Shown piece by piece: positions 20,281 to 30,173 of a stretch of DNA of 64,000 bases. A model generated the notes under the pieces. That model saw only the letters and a list, made by a program, of their open reading frames with translations. It was not told the DNA's origin and ran no database searches. Each line of letters opens with the position of its first letter. Positions within the stretch are counted from its first letter, which is position 1. The stretch is from Coleofasciculus chthonoplastes F2-STO-03 (GTDB lineage Bacteria > Cyanobacteriota > Cyanobacteriia > Cyanobacteriales > Coleofasciculaceae), in contig JAVJWO010000022.1 in NCBI GenBank assembly GCA_040222015.1, positions 21,720-85,719 on the forward strand. The letters are read 5' to 3'. The position numbers and the translations under genes are program-made.

Positions 20281-20979
20281 CTATTTTTTCTGCTTGCGCT
20301 TGGCGTTCAATAAACCTCCCCCCGCCAATAAACTGGCTAATAAAAATGAGGGTTCTGGAGCCGATGGAGTTTGTGTTGGAGAAAGGGGTTTTGCCGTTTG
20401 GGTAAGATTAAAACTTATAACAGCGTCAACCGATCTTGTTCCTGACAATGGAAGACCTAAGTCAACATAAGGAATAGATAACAATACATCTCCTTGACCC
20501 GTTACGCTACATGTAGCTGACAAACAGGGTTTAATTTCATTAAAATCATACCTGTCCACAACCATTTCACCTGTGGGTTTGTCGTAAGCGAAATCAAAAT
20601 CCGATAGTTTATTATTCTGGAGATCCCAAACAGAACCCATTCCCTGAAAGGAAGTCAGTAAATCATCTTCATAAAAAAATGACAAGAATCCTGGAAAGAG
20701 ATCTGACAAAGTGTCAGAATCATTTTTCCAAGGAATGGTTAACATAGTATCCCCTGCATCAGAGAGTCTTCCGCTAAGGTTGTCAATATCGAAATCCTGG
20801 TCTATGGGTATTATGACCTCATCCCCAGTAACACCGGGTAGAAAAGGCAAATACGACGATTTCACACTAAAAGATCCAGAATAGTTGAGATTGGTAACAG
20901 TAGCTGCCTCAACCGGAGCCATACACACTGTTCCTAGCGCTATGGCTGTTCCAGCGATCACAATGGATAACCTTTTCAT
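20281..20979 (-). CDS. PEP-CTERM sorting-domain protein (paralog of 19163-20077)
   Basis: Signal peptide, shared GRLSDA and CL..TC.V motifs, APEPSFLLASLLAGGGLLNAKRKQKK. Confidence 0.9.
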   Translation of the reverse strand: MKRLSIVIAGTAIALGTVCMAPVEAATVTNLNYSGSFSVKSSYLPFLPGVTGDEVIIPIDQDFDIDNLSGRLSDAGDTMLTIPWKNDSDTLSDLFPGFLSFFYEDDLLTSFQGMGSVWDLQNNKLSDFDFAYDKPTGEMVVDRYDFNEIKPCLSATCSVTGQGDVLLSIPYVDLGLPLSGTRSVDAVISFNLTQTAKPLSPTQTPSAPEPSFLLASLLAGGGLLNAKRKQKK

Positions 20980-21176
20980 ATTGGGTGTTCTCTGTTATAG
21001 ATATACGAGTTCTTTCTTAATCTATGAGATGTATAACCCTGATCAGGTAAAGTAACCGTGAAGTTTATATAAAGTTTTGATGAATTTTCTGGATTGTCAA
21101 ATCGTGGGGAGGCGATTGCCCAAAAAAAAGGAGGGGTAGAAGCTGTAACCAAACCTCTACCCAAAGCTACCCATTG

Positions 21177-21347
21177 CTAGACATTTTTGGGTAGCTTGCT
21201 TCGGTTTCGTGCCATACGCTCTATCGTATCGCTTAGACTGTTAGCTCCAATTCGCTTCTGTTCCTGCTCTAACCAAATAATTGCCGTTTCCGTTAAAGTC
21301 ATTGTGAATCGGCGTTTTGACTCATCATAAATTTTTTTCCTGGGCAT
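21177..21347 (-). CDS. 56-aa putative ribbon-helix-helix protein inside the TnpB element (not in ORF track)
   Basis: MPRKKIYDESKRRFTMTLTETAIIWLEQEQKRIGANSLSDTIERMARNRSKLPKNV; AAGGA upstream; divergent from tnpB. Confidence 0.55.
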   Translation of the reverse strand: MPRKKIYDESKRRFTMTLTETAIIWLEQEQKRIGANSLSDTIERMARNRSKLPKNV

Positions 21348-21408
21348 CCTGTTTCCTTCTATTATTCATGTATAATACGAGTATAACAGGTGTTAAACAG
21401 GTCGAATC

Positions 21409-21809
21409 ATGCTGTTAGGTTTTAAAACAGAGTTAAAACTTATTTAGCCCAAAACCACAGCCGAATAGGAATAGAGGATCTTAACGTGTCTGGGATGATG
21501 GCTAATCACAAACTGGCGAAAGCTGTTCAAGACATGGGCTTTTATGAGTTCAAACGTCAGCTAGAGTACAAGTGCAAGCTGTACGGAGCAACGCTGGTTG
21601 AGGTTGACCAATGGTATCCCTCAACTAAAACCTGTTCTCGCTGTCATACCGTCAAAGATGAAATGCCTTTATCTGAGCGGGTTTTCCGGTGCGATAACTG
21701 CGGACTGGAAATTGACCGAGATTTTAACGCCTCCATTAATTTGGACAGGTTCCGCCAGTTAGGTGGTATTAGCCTGTGGACTGGTAAGGTGCCGACACCG
21801 CCAGGATGA
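21409..21809 (+). pseudogene. tnpB: tnpB pseudogene with large internal deletion
   Basis: N-terminal MLLGFKTELKL joined out of frame to YLAQNHSRIGIEDLNVSGMMANHKLA...PSTKTCSRC..FRCDNCG..DRDFNAS (RuvC II, Zn finger, RuvC III). Confidence 0.85.
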
Positions 21810-21909
21810 AGCAGGAAGTAAGTTCCAAGCATGTCCATTTATGGGTAGCTTTGGGTAGATCTTATGTAACGGAGTTAGCTCCCTCGCCTATAATACAAAT
21901 GTTCTATTT

Positions 21910-22923
21910 TCAGACTGACGATTTTTTCTGCTTGCGCTTGGCGGCAAACATGCCACCCGCCGCCAATAGGCTTCCTAGTATAAAGGAAGGTTCAGGTGCC
22001 TCTTCCACTTCCGCATTACTGGTTAGCTCAGGATCGTAGATACCTGTATGAGACATCATATCCCCCTGTTCAAGCAACCCAGATTCTGCGGCGCTGAAGC
22101 TGTAGTGGTACGTTGTCTCTCCCTCGTAGTCAATCTTGACGAGTTCAGCCGCTTGTACAGGTTTCCCGTCCAAGAATATTGACAATAGACCTTTGTGCTG
22201 ATCAGTGAGACCATCAAAAATCAGATCAACGGCATCATAGTGACCTGTTAGCCCAACTTCTAGAGCTCCCGTCATATCATCCATGTCAACATAGGCAATA
22301 TTCGGATCGCTGAATCGTTGAAATCCACCGTTATCCCGGAATTGGTTGAACAGAGTCGTTTTATTACTGGGAATTTTATTGACGAAGGTATTCGCCATCT
22401 CCAGCAGTTGATTATCGATACCATAGGAGGTTAAAGCTGCCTCGAACCACTCATTCGCCAAATTATTGACTCCATAGCTAGTATCCAAGGTTTCCCCAAA
22501 CCAATCTGTTGCCGTCAAACTGCTCAGGGTAATGCTTTTGTCCCCAAGATCTCCCGTTAAGCTAGTCACCGTGGTGTAATCCAAGAATTCATCAAAGGAT
22601 AGTCGTTCACTATTGGCGAATAACTCAACATTGCCCCCCGGTTCACCTTTTTTACAACTGTTACTGGGAACGAACGCTCCTCCAACCGAGCAACTTCCTT
22701 GCAGAACTGTTTCCAAATCTGCATCGTTGTTGAGCCTTGTAAAATCTGTACTCGCTGTAGGCTCGGGATTGGGGACATGTTCGTAGATGAAATAGTCTAC
22801 TCCCTTTTCACCGATCACTTGAGGGTTAGTCAGAGATGCAGCCGACGCTGGATTAGCGGCGATCGCACTGACACATAAGGCAACTGATGCCCCGACGAGC
22901 AGTTTCTGGATATTTGTTTTCAT
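21910..22923 (-). CDS. PEP-CTERM protein (cyanobacterial family with GGFQRFSDPNI motif)
   Basis: Start at MKTNIQK after GGAG; PGGNVELFA, LSSLTATDWF, GFQRFSDPNIAYV, APEPS-TM-KRK. Confidence 0.9.
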   Translation of the reverse strand: MKTNIQKLLVGASVALCVSAIAANPASAASLTNPQVIGEKGVDYFIYEHVPNPEPTASTDFTRLNNDADLETVLQGSCSVGGAFVPSNSCKKGEPGGNVELFANSERLSFDEFLDYTTVTSLTGDLGDKSITLSSLTATDWFGETLDTSYGVNNLANEWFEAALTSYGIDNQLLEMANTFVNKIPSNKTTLFNQFRDNGGFQRFSDPNIAYVDMDDMTGALEVGLTGHYDAVDLIFDGLTDQHKGLLSIFLDGKPVQAAELVKIDYEGETTYHYSFSAAESGLLEQGDMMSHTGIYDPELTSNAEVEEAPEPSFILGSLLAAGGMFAAKRKQKKSSV

Positions 22924-23352
22924 TGCAGTATCTCCGTGACTTGACAGGTTGAGCCTTCTTAAAAGCACATACACAGGGTTAGGCTTTGGCTAACCCTCTC
23001 TTGGCTCTAATAACCTCTGGTCATCCCTTAACAGGCAATATCTTCAGCTCTTGAGCTTTCCGCGCCTGTACACAAATTTCCTCATCTATTTATAAAGCTT
23101 ACATGAAGTTTCGCGAAAAAGCGATAAAGTTTCGATGAAGTTGTAGCCATTTTTTTTTATATGTGCTAATAAACACTCAATAACTAAATATATATAAATT
23201 AATCTAGCAATCTGTATACCTTGAGTGGTATATTGCCACCGAAGTATGCATACTCACTGACAAAAATCAGATCTTCAAACCGCAAAGGGAGCCAAAAGGC
23301 TCCCTAAAAACTGATCGAATTGTCCCAAGCGCCTATCTCAGCGACATTTGAC

Positions 23353-24252
23353 CTAAGATTTTTTGCTCTGACGTTTAGCGGCGACTAAACCACCTACGCC
23401 AATTAAGCCGAGTAGAATCGACGGTTCTGGCACATCAACTGGATCATCAAGCGTAAACTGTGGATCATAGACTCCAGTGTGCGATCGCGTGCCATCGTTG
23501 GATGAAAGGGTAGATATAGCCGCACTGAAGGTATAAGCATAAGTGGTTCTACCGTTATGGGTCACTTTAACCACCTCACTGGCTTGCAATGGTATCTCAA
23601 ATTGTGTGGAAGAGACGCCTAATAACATCTGTCTCGCGTCATAGTGACCCGCTAAACCAATATCCACTGTGCCGTTATCGTTATTGACGTAGCTGATATT
23701 CGCGTCACTGAACCGTTGGAATCCACCGCTGTTCAGGAATAGGTTGTAGAGAAGTGGACTATTAGCAATACCATAAGCACTCAGAGCATCATTAAACCAT
23801 CTATTGGCTAATGTATTTGCTCCATAGCCAGTATTTAAGTCCTCTCCGAACCAGTCCACTGCCGTGAGGCTACTAAGGGTCATGCTTCTACCATCATCAA
23901 ACGTCGCGTCTAAACTGGTAACGTCCTGATGCGCTAAAAATTGATTTAGGTTTAGTTGTTCGCTGCTGGCGAATAATTCTAGGTTTCCACCGGGTTCACC
24001 GGGTTGACATTGATATTGAGGCTCATAGGCGGGAACACTGCAATTTCCTTGTAGGAGAGCATTGATATCGGCGTTTGGATTGGCTACTGTTGTATCCGGT
24101 ATACCATCATTATTCGTATCGATCGCTTCATATTTAATAATGTCTGCACCAGAGAGAGTAAACGTTGTTGCAGCAGCTGGGGCAGTAGCAAGCCCAGTCA
24201 CACTGGCAATAATTGATGCGCCAAACAGTAGTTTATTCAGATTGCTTTTCAT
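23353..24252 (-). CDS. PEP-CTERM protein (paralog of 21910-22923)
   Basis: PGGNLELFA, GFQRFSDANISYV, IGLAGHYD, VPEPS-TM-KR. Confidence 0.9.
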   Translation of the reverse strand: MKSNLNKLLFGASIIASVTGLATAPAAATTFTLSGADIIKYEAIDTNNDGIPDTTVANPNADINALLQGNCSVPAYEPQYQCQPGEPGGNLELFASSEQLNLNQFLAHQDVTSLDATFDDGRSMTLSSLTAVDWFGEDLNTGYGANTLANRWFNDALSAYGIANSPLLYNLFLNSGGFQRFSDANISYVNNDNGTVDIGLAGHYDARQMLLGVSSTQFEIPLQASEVVKVTHNGRTTYAYTFSAAISTLSSNDGTRSHTGVYDPQFTLDDPVDVPEPSILLGLIGVGGLVAAKRQSKKS

Positions 24253-24800
24253 GATTTTTTCCTTACTTAACTATTGAGTGTTTACCAGTCTTAAGGATTA
24301 TAAAATTTCGCTTCGCATGGCAATGTATTCGCCATTTAAATCCTAGATTTCAGCAAATAATAAGACGACATAAGCCTTTCCAGTTGGCGAAATTTTATCG
24401 ATTCGCTGGGTTGCAATTTTCTCCTTACTTGTCAAACCCAGCCTGCTCTCAGATATCTTTTATTATAGAAATACCGACTCCTAAAATGGGTGAAGCCTGT
24501 GTAAAACTTCTATAGGCTTCTGTGAAGATTTTGAGAAAATCAGGAAAACCTGGTGCAGCGCGGCAGAAATAACTATCCCCTTGAAAAAGGTGCAACAGCT
24601 TACTGTACAAGCTTTATTTCCTTCTGTCTCCTGTGTTTTGCCTTCTTGCATTAGAGATTTAGGAAGAGTTAAATAGGGAAAAAAATGCCTGAATTTTTAA
24701 TTTTTGTAACTATTTATCCCAGTTCACTGGCAAAAATATTGAGATTTATGAATCATTCGATCATGTCCTTCTCGTCAGTGATTATTCCCTTTTACCTTGC

Positions 24801-24861
24801 AACCTTGTAGTGTGAACATCTTGCTCGCTACCCATTCCCAATCTAAATGCATGACAGCTTA
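24801..24861. repeat. Partial MITE copy (family of 56809-56911)
   Basis: CATCTTGCTCGCTACC..TTCCCAAT.TAAATGCATGACAGCTTA shared with the right part of 56809-56911. Confidence 0.75.
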
Positions 24862-24973
24862 ATCTTGTCAAAATCTGGCGCGGGAACCTAGGATATCAGA
24901 TTGAATACGCTGAATTAAGCGTTTTTAGCATTAAAGCGCAACTACGAAATCTATCTCAATGTTGAAAATAATT

Positions 24974-25198
24974 CTAATCTTCAACAATTTCAATTAATTT
25001 GGTTTTAGACGACAACCCTGATTTAATCTGAATTTGAGACTTGGTAACGTTGAACTTTTCTGCCAATAACTTAATTAACTCCTTATTCGCTTTCCCATCC
25101 ACAGGCGGCGACTTGAGGTTCACTTTTAAAGTCCCATCCGCCATTTCTTCTATCAATTGGGTTTTAGAATTGGGTTTAACTTTCACCGTTTTTTTCAT
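24974..25198 (-). CDS. DUF167/YggU family protein
   Basis: [29 protein letters not shown]; start placed at MKKTV. Confidence 0.88.
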   Translation of the reverse strand: MKKTVKVKPNSKTQLIEEMADGTLKVNLKSPPVDGKANKELIKLLAEKFNVTKSQIQIKSGLSSKTKLIEIVED

Positions 25199-25379
25199 AT
25201 CCACCTGCAGGGATGACCCGCTTGCATTAATGAACAACACCATGGGGGAGAACTCAAAGCCTCTCTCCTTGCAGGAGAGAGGTTTGGAGAGAGGTATTCC
25301 AGATCCCGTGAAAAGTAAGCCCTTGTCAAGGGGAGGAAACTCGAATGGTTTTAGTCGGGAGGTTTATCCTACTAATGAA

Positions 25380-28300
25380 TTATGCATTCGGTGTCTGTTC
25401 CGGGAACATACATTTATCCGAATCACAACCCACGGGTCCAGCTTCGATTAATTCACCTGCATCATAGTTCTCCAAAGCTGGATAGAATTCAGGCATCTTC
25501 CGTCGCTGTTGTACCTCTTGCATCAATTGTTCATAAGTCGCTTTATCAATCGGTTCAAAGGGTAAACGGGGGAAGGATTGATGATCATCAAACCGCGCCA
25601 ATAGCGCCGCTGAAATATACCCGTCATCATCCTGAATCGCTTGATAAATCCGTTCTCCTAACGGTTCAATTTCATTAACGCGCAATTCCCAGGTGGAAGA
25701 GGTGTTGTGTGTCACATACCAGCGCTGAACTTGCATGGCAAAATCCATTTGTGCCAATGCCGAAAACTGACTGATATCAATTTCATCGGCACCGGGTAAA
25801 TCTGCCCAGGATACAGCCACGGGAATTTCCACCAACCATTCTGAACAGGCTTCAGCAAAGGGATCATTTAAGAGATTCCCATTTTCATCTTTATCCGATT
25901 GGGATGGCGTGACATTGTATCCGTAATCCAGACAAGCTAATGCTACGGGATCATTCTTTCTGAACGTAATTCGGCGAATAAATCGCTGTGCCTTAGGGGG
26001 ATGCCAACCCGGAGATGCGCCTGTAAGTAGAGATTTTGTCCCAGACGGTTGAACGGTTGTACAACGATTGGGGCGTTTAATCCCATGCTTATCGCAATAC
26101 TCCCACACCACCCGATGGACAATATCGCGCCAGCGGGTTAAATAGGCTTTTTCTTGTTCCTTAAACTGCACCCCTTCAACAGTATCTGGGCGCCCTTCTG
26201 CCCACCAGTGTAACCATTCTGCGCCAAAGGCTTTGACAAAGAAGTCAAATAGTCCGGTGAAGGATACGCCGACAATTGGGTCTAATTCCCGTGATTTTTG
26301 ATAGCGTTCCTCAACAAACTGATGGTTGAGCAAAATGGCAACGGAAAGCGCTCCCGCACTGAATGCCTCCTCTTGTTCTTTTTCGTTATTCGGATCAATT
26401 TGATTTAGGTGAATTTCGGCTAAATTACAATGGAATACGGAACCAATAATTTCACCGCAATTGTGCGCCACAATGCCATTAGCATCGAACCGAGAGACAC
26501 CTGGAACGGTGCAATCGTAAACGGGTTCGATACCAGTAGGAGACACAGATTCAACGGTGACAACAAAGCGTTCCCGATTTAGCTGACGCTGGTATCCGTT
26601 GAGTAAATTATCCAACTCTTGCTGTTTTTCCGGCTGACGGAAACCCACGCGATCGCGAAACTCAATCAGGTTGTCGTTAGCAATCACCAATTCGGGCTTT
26701 TCGGGATAATCTTCCGTGTCACTATTTTGAGAAACAGTGGAAACAATGCCTAAGCGCAGCAGCATCCGCTGTACGGCTGGCAGTAACTCAAGATTACGTT
26801 GGGCTAAACGCACGCTAATGCCTTGAGTGGGCGTTCCTTGCACGTTACCATTGGCATCAAATAACCCTTGTAGGAATCCCTGATAAAACTCGTAGCTGGC
26901 TTGTTCAACTTCCGGCGTCACTATTTTTTGACCACCATTAATATTGAACTGGGCGGCTAGTTGTTCCAGATCACTCGACGCCACTTGCTGTAAATCCGGT
27001 TGGCGAGCAGAATCACCCCCTAAATTTACAGTACAAACACCATTGTTCTGGAGGGTTGCTACTTCAGACTCTGCCATTTTGACCTGAGAGTTACCCCAGA
27101 ATCGCACTATTGCCTGAGTTTGGGCGAGTGATCCATTACTGACGAGACTCCCTAATAACCATCCTTGGGTAAATGTTCCCACACCTTGCCAAGGCTGAAT
27201 TCCTCGGTGATTGTGCAAGCAGACGCGATCGCCTCTTTTCAATTCCTCAGCCGCAACCCATTCAGTATATTGACGCTTTTGGGTTTGGGCGCTAATACGT
27301 AAAAGTTGATGGTTCCCTGTCAAACGTAGGGAAACCCCCTCTTTTGTGGCTAGGGTTAAGACAGCGCGATCGCCCGTATAGAAAAAGCCATCGGCTGTTG
27401 TGCTAAACAGTTCCCCATTAACGTAAGTTCCATGTTGTTTCCCGATTAAATCTTTAACTTGGCGGGGACCAAATTCCGTATGCACCCAAGTATCCGCCGT
27501 CACGCAGGGATTTAAGCCAAACCGCTGCAAGCGATGCTCAATTTCATCGGGTGTCAAATTCGGATACTTTTCCTGTAACCAGTGACTCGCTTTTCCTTGT
27601 TCGTAGGCTTGCAGAAACTCTTTTCTCAAGGCTTGAGTTGTTAACAAATCACAACTTGCTCGTGCTACGGCTTCTCCCGCCCATTGAATCGCACCTTCAC
27701 CAGAATAATATTGTTTGCGAACTGCTGCAATACATTCATCTAAGGTGGGTTTATGATGAAAAACACGGGAATGATTCGCCATCCTCAACGCATCACGTTC
27801 CGGATCAATCCGCCAATTTCCATGTTCATCTTGTTGCCACAGGTTATCTTTAGCATTGACAAACTTTTCATCATTACTAATCCCCTGGCGCATACCGGCA
27901 GAACGACGCACGTTTCCGGCTACAACCACAACAGCAGCTTCATCAATTAATAGACAGCATTCGACTGAATTTAATTGTCGTCCCACGGCTTTATTTAAAA
28001 TTGCCGCACATCGCTGATACAGTTCTGGTAATTTAACCGGATTTGCCACCCCGCCAAAGCCTTTTAAGGATTCTCCGGCGGGACGGATATCACTCACATT
28101 AATGGATACCTGAACTTCACCAGAAAATTGTTCATCTGCAGATAATTCCAGCAGGGTTTGATAGGACTGAACCCACCCTTGACGGGAGTCCCCGACATAA
28201 ATTTTTACCTGATTCCCATCAATTTTGACCTCAGTTTTCTCCCGCCGTTCCTCTGGTGGCGTTGTGCCAATTTCCCCCGCTAAGATTACATTTAAGTGAT

Positions 28301-28724
28301 TACGAATTGGGGGTAACTGGTTAATGTATTGGGGTTCCAAAACCGCCCCTGTGCCACATCCCATCATGGCGAGGTCCATCATTAAGCCAAAGGCACGCCA
28401 ATCTAACACATTTGTGGACGTACAATTGTAAGCGCCAGAGAAATTTTCCGGATTTTCCAGCCAATTTGTGCCTCCGACCCACAACCAGCGCCCTGAGGGT
28501 AAACTTTTAATCTGGTGCATCATCCGTTCCAGCAGGGCGGTTTCTGCGGGAGTCAGCTTACCCAGTTTGCTTAAGCCTTGGATAGTGCGATCGCACACCT
28601 CCCTCCACGTCTCTCTACCCTTGGCTGTGCGGCGGCTGTAGGTTCTGAAAAACACTGGATTTGCCGTCGATGCCGTTTCCGGAAAATCACCATTGATGCG
28701 TTTTCGCTCAAGCTCTCTTACCAT
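25380..28724 (-). CDS. nrdJ: Class II (adenosylcobalamin-dependent) ribonucleotide reductase, intein-containing
   Basis: VFFRTYSR, LPSGRWLW, YNC, GNVRRSA, NP|CGE active site split by an intein, TTVQPSGTKSLL, C-terminal GCDSDKC. Confidence 0.93.
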   Translation of the reverse strand: MVRELERKRINGDFPETASTANPVFFRTYSRRTAKGRETWREVCDRTIQGLSKLGKLTPAETALLERMMHQIKSLPSGRWLWVGGTNWLENPENFSGAYNCTSTNVLDWRAFGLMMDLAMMGCGTGAVLEPQYINQLPPIRNHLNVILAGEIGTTPPEERREKTEVKIDGNQVKIYVGDSRQGWVQSYQTLLELSADEQFSGEVQVSINVSDIRPAGESLKGFGGVANPVKLPELYQRCAAILNKAVGRQLNSVECCLLIDEAAVVVVAGNVRRSAGMRQGISNDEKFVNAKDNLWQQDEHGNWRIDPERDALRMANHSRVFHHKPTLDECIAAVRKQYYSGEGAIQWAGEAVARASCDLLTTQALRKEFLQAYEQGKASHWLQEKYPNLTPDEIEHRLQRFGLNPCVTADTWVHTEFGPRQVKDLIGKQHGTYVNGELFSTTADGFFYTGDRAVLTLATKEGVSLRLTGNHQLLRISAQTQKRQYTEWVAAEELKRGDRVCLHNHRGIQPWQGVGTFTQGWLLGSLVSNGSLAQTQAIVRFWGNSQVKMAESEVATLQNNGVCTVNLGGDSARQPDLQQVASSDLEQLAAQFNINGGQKIVTPEVEQASYEFYQGFLQGLFDANGNVQGTPTQGISVRLAQRNLELLPAVQRMLLRLGIVSTVSQNSDTEDYPEKPELVIANDNLIEFRDRVGFRQPEKQQELDNLLNGYQRQLNRERFVVTVESVSPTGIEPVYDCTVPGVSRFDANGIVAHNCGEIIGSVFHCNLAEIHLNQIDPNNEKEQEEAFSAGALSVAILLNHQFVEERYQKSRELDPIVGVSFTGLFDFFVKAFGAEWLHWWAEGRPDTVEGVQFKEQEKAYLTRWRDIVHRVVWEYCDKHGIKRPNRCTTVQPSGTKSLLTGASPGWHPPKAQRFIRRITFRKNDPVALACLDYGYNVTPSQSDKDENGNLLNDPFAEACSEWLVEIPVAVSWADLPGADEIDISQFSALAQMDFAMQVQRWYVTHNTSSTWELRVNEIEPLGERIYQAIQDDDGYISAALLARFDDHQSFPRLPFEPIDKATYEQLMQEVQQRRKMPEFYPALENYDAGELIEAGPVGCDSDKCMFPEQTPNA
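26460..27506 (-). mobile_element. 349-aa intein with degenerate LAGLIDADG endonuclease domain
   Basis: Starts CVTADT; block B LRLTGNHQL; block F VYDCTV; ends IVAHN followed by extein Cys; blocks C/E read LLGSLVSNG and FLQGLFDANG. Confidence 0.93.
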
Positions 28725-29006
28725 CGTGATAATCTACTGTTAATTTCCGCTAAACCTTGACTATAAGTGATGTCAGATATAGCGTCAAAGCTTGAAAAAT
28801 TAATCCGTTTGCGCTATGTGTAGTACGTCTGGGAAGTTTTGAGTTTTGATCCTTCGCTTCGCTCAAGGGATAAAGTTTGTAGGGGCGGGTTTAGGGACAA
28901 ACATGAATTGTTTTACCTAACTTTTTTGGCAAAACCCGTCCTTATTCAATTTTGAGTGAACTCCCCCATCTCTCCATCTCCCCATCACCCCATCTCCCCT
29001 GCACCA

Positions 29007-29954
29007 TCAAAAACCACGAGTCACCTGATCCAACTGTTCCACCTCTTCAGGCGTTAAACTCCACCCCAACGCCCCAGCATTTTCCTGGGCTTGCTGGGCA
29101 GTTTTCGCGCCCGGAATTGGCACTACCCCTTGGGCAATTAACCAATTTAACGCTACCTGTGCAGGCGTGCGATCGTATTTTTCCCCCAATTGATGCAACA
29201 GTTTAATCACAGGCGCAATCTTCTCCAACCCCCCTTTACTGAAACGCGGATCAAGACTACGCGCCCCTGTGGGTTTCACGTAATTTTCCGGGGTATACTT
29301 CCCGGTTAATAATCCTTGGGCTAAAGGACTATACGCCAAAATCGTCACCCCCAACTCCCGCGCTGTATCCAAAACCCCATTCCGTTCAATTTTCCGCTCC
29401 AGTAGGGAATATTGCACCTGATTCACCGCCAAAGGAATTCCTCTGGCGGCTAGATAACCGTGCGCTTCCCGCATTTGTTCGGCGGAGTAATTACTCACCC
29501 CCACCGTGGCGATTCTCCCCCGTTGCACTTCATCCGCCAGGGCATTCATTAAGGTTTCTTGACTCATAAAGAAGCTAAAGGGAGAATGAACCTGATACAG
29601 TTCTATTTGCTCAACCTGTAACCGTTTTAGGCTAGCCGTTAAAGCGTCAGACACGGACTGTGACGTAAACCGCCAGGGCACCGGGAAGTATTTTGTGGCT
29701 ATCTGGGCTGGACGTCCGAATTCTTTCATAAACCGTCCCAACAGTGATTCGGATTCTCCCAATCCGTACACTTCCGCCGTGTCAAAAAAGCTGACTCCCG
29801 CATCTAGGGTAGCGGCAAAGGCGTCTCTCACCTGAGATACCCCATAATCTTTGCCGTAGCCCCAAAACAGCGTATCGCCCCACGCCCAAGTCCCAATACC
29901 GACGCTGGTTACGGTGGGACCATTTTCAGCTAAGGTGGTTGTCTGTATCGTCAT
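29007..29954 (-). CDS. Aldo/keto reductase
   Basis: GIGTWAWG, FFDTAEVYG, IATK, VGVSNY, NQVQYSLL, AYSPLAQG, PIPGAK; start placed at MTIQ. Confidence 0.93.
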   Translation of the reverse strand: MTIQTTTLAENGPTVTSVGIGTWAWGDTLFWGYGKDYGVSQVRDAFAATLDAGVSFFDTAEVYGLGESESLLGRFMKEFGRPAQIATKYFPVPWRFTSQSVSDALTASLKRLQVEQIELYQVHSPFSFFMSQETLMNALADEVQRGRIATVGVSNYSAEQMREAHGYLAARGIPLAVNQVQYSLLERKIERNGVLDTARELGVTILAYSPLAQGLLTGKYTPENYVKPTGARSLDPRFSKGGLEKIAPVIKLLHQLGEKYDRTPAQVALNWLIAQGVVPIPGAKTAQQAQENAGALGWSLTPEEVEQLDQVTRGF

Positions 29955-30047
29955 TCCCTGCGCTCCCAATTCGTTACATTTATTAATGTTTATTTTATCG
30001 GGTTTTGCTGGTGGGGACTTTTAGATGAGGTCGGATGCTCAAACAGC

Positions 30048-30173
30048 CTAAACAGACCAAGGATTTACGATCGCGACACCCGTCTTGGCAAAGTCGTTTT
30101 CGTTTCGGGTAACCAGATGCAGAGAATGTTGAAGGGCGATCGCGGCAATCAAAGAATCCATTACTGGTAGAGG
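30048..30173 (-). pseudogene. vapC: C-terminal remnant of VapC/PIN toxin
   Basis: PLPVMDSLIAAIALQHSLHLVTRNENDFAKTGVAIVNPWSV*, a typical PIN C-terminus; N-terminal part absent. Confidence 0.8.

Larger units (their letters stand above)
21143..21872 (+). mobile_element. Non-autonomous TnpB element (IS607-like) with imperfect terminal inverted repeats and internally deleted tnpB
   Basis: TCTACCCAAAGCTACCCA near the left end, exact reverse complement near the right end; AG dinucleotide on both flanks; tnpB fragments inside. Confidence 0.75.
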
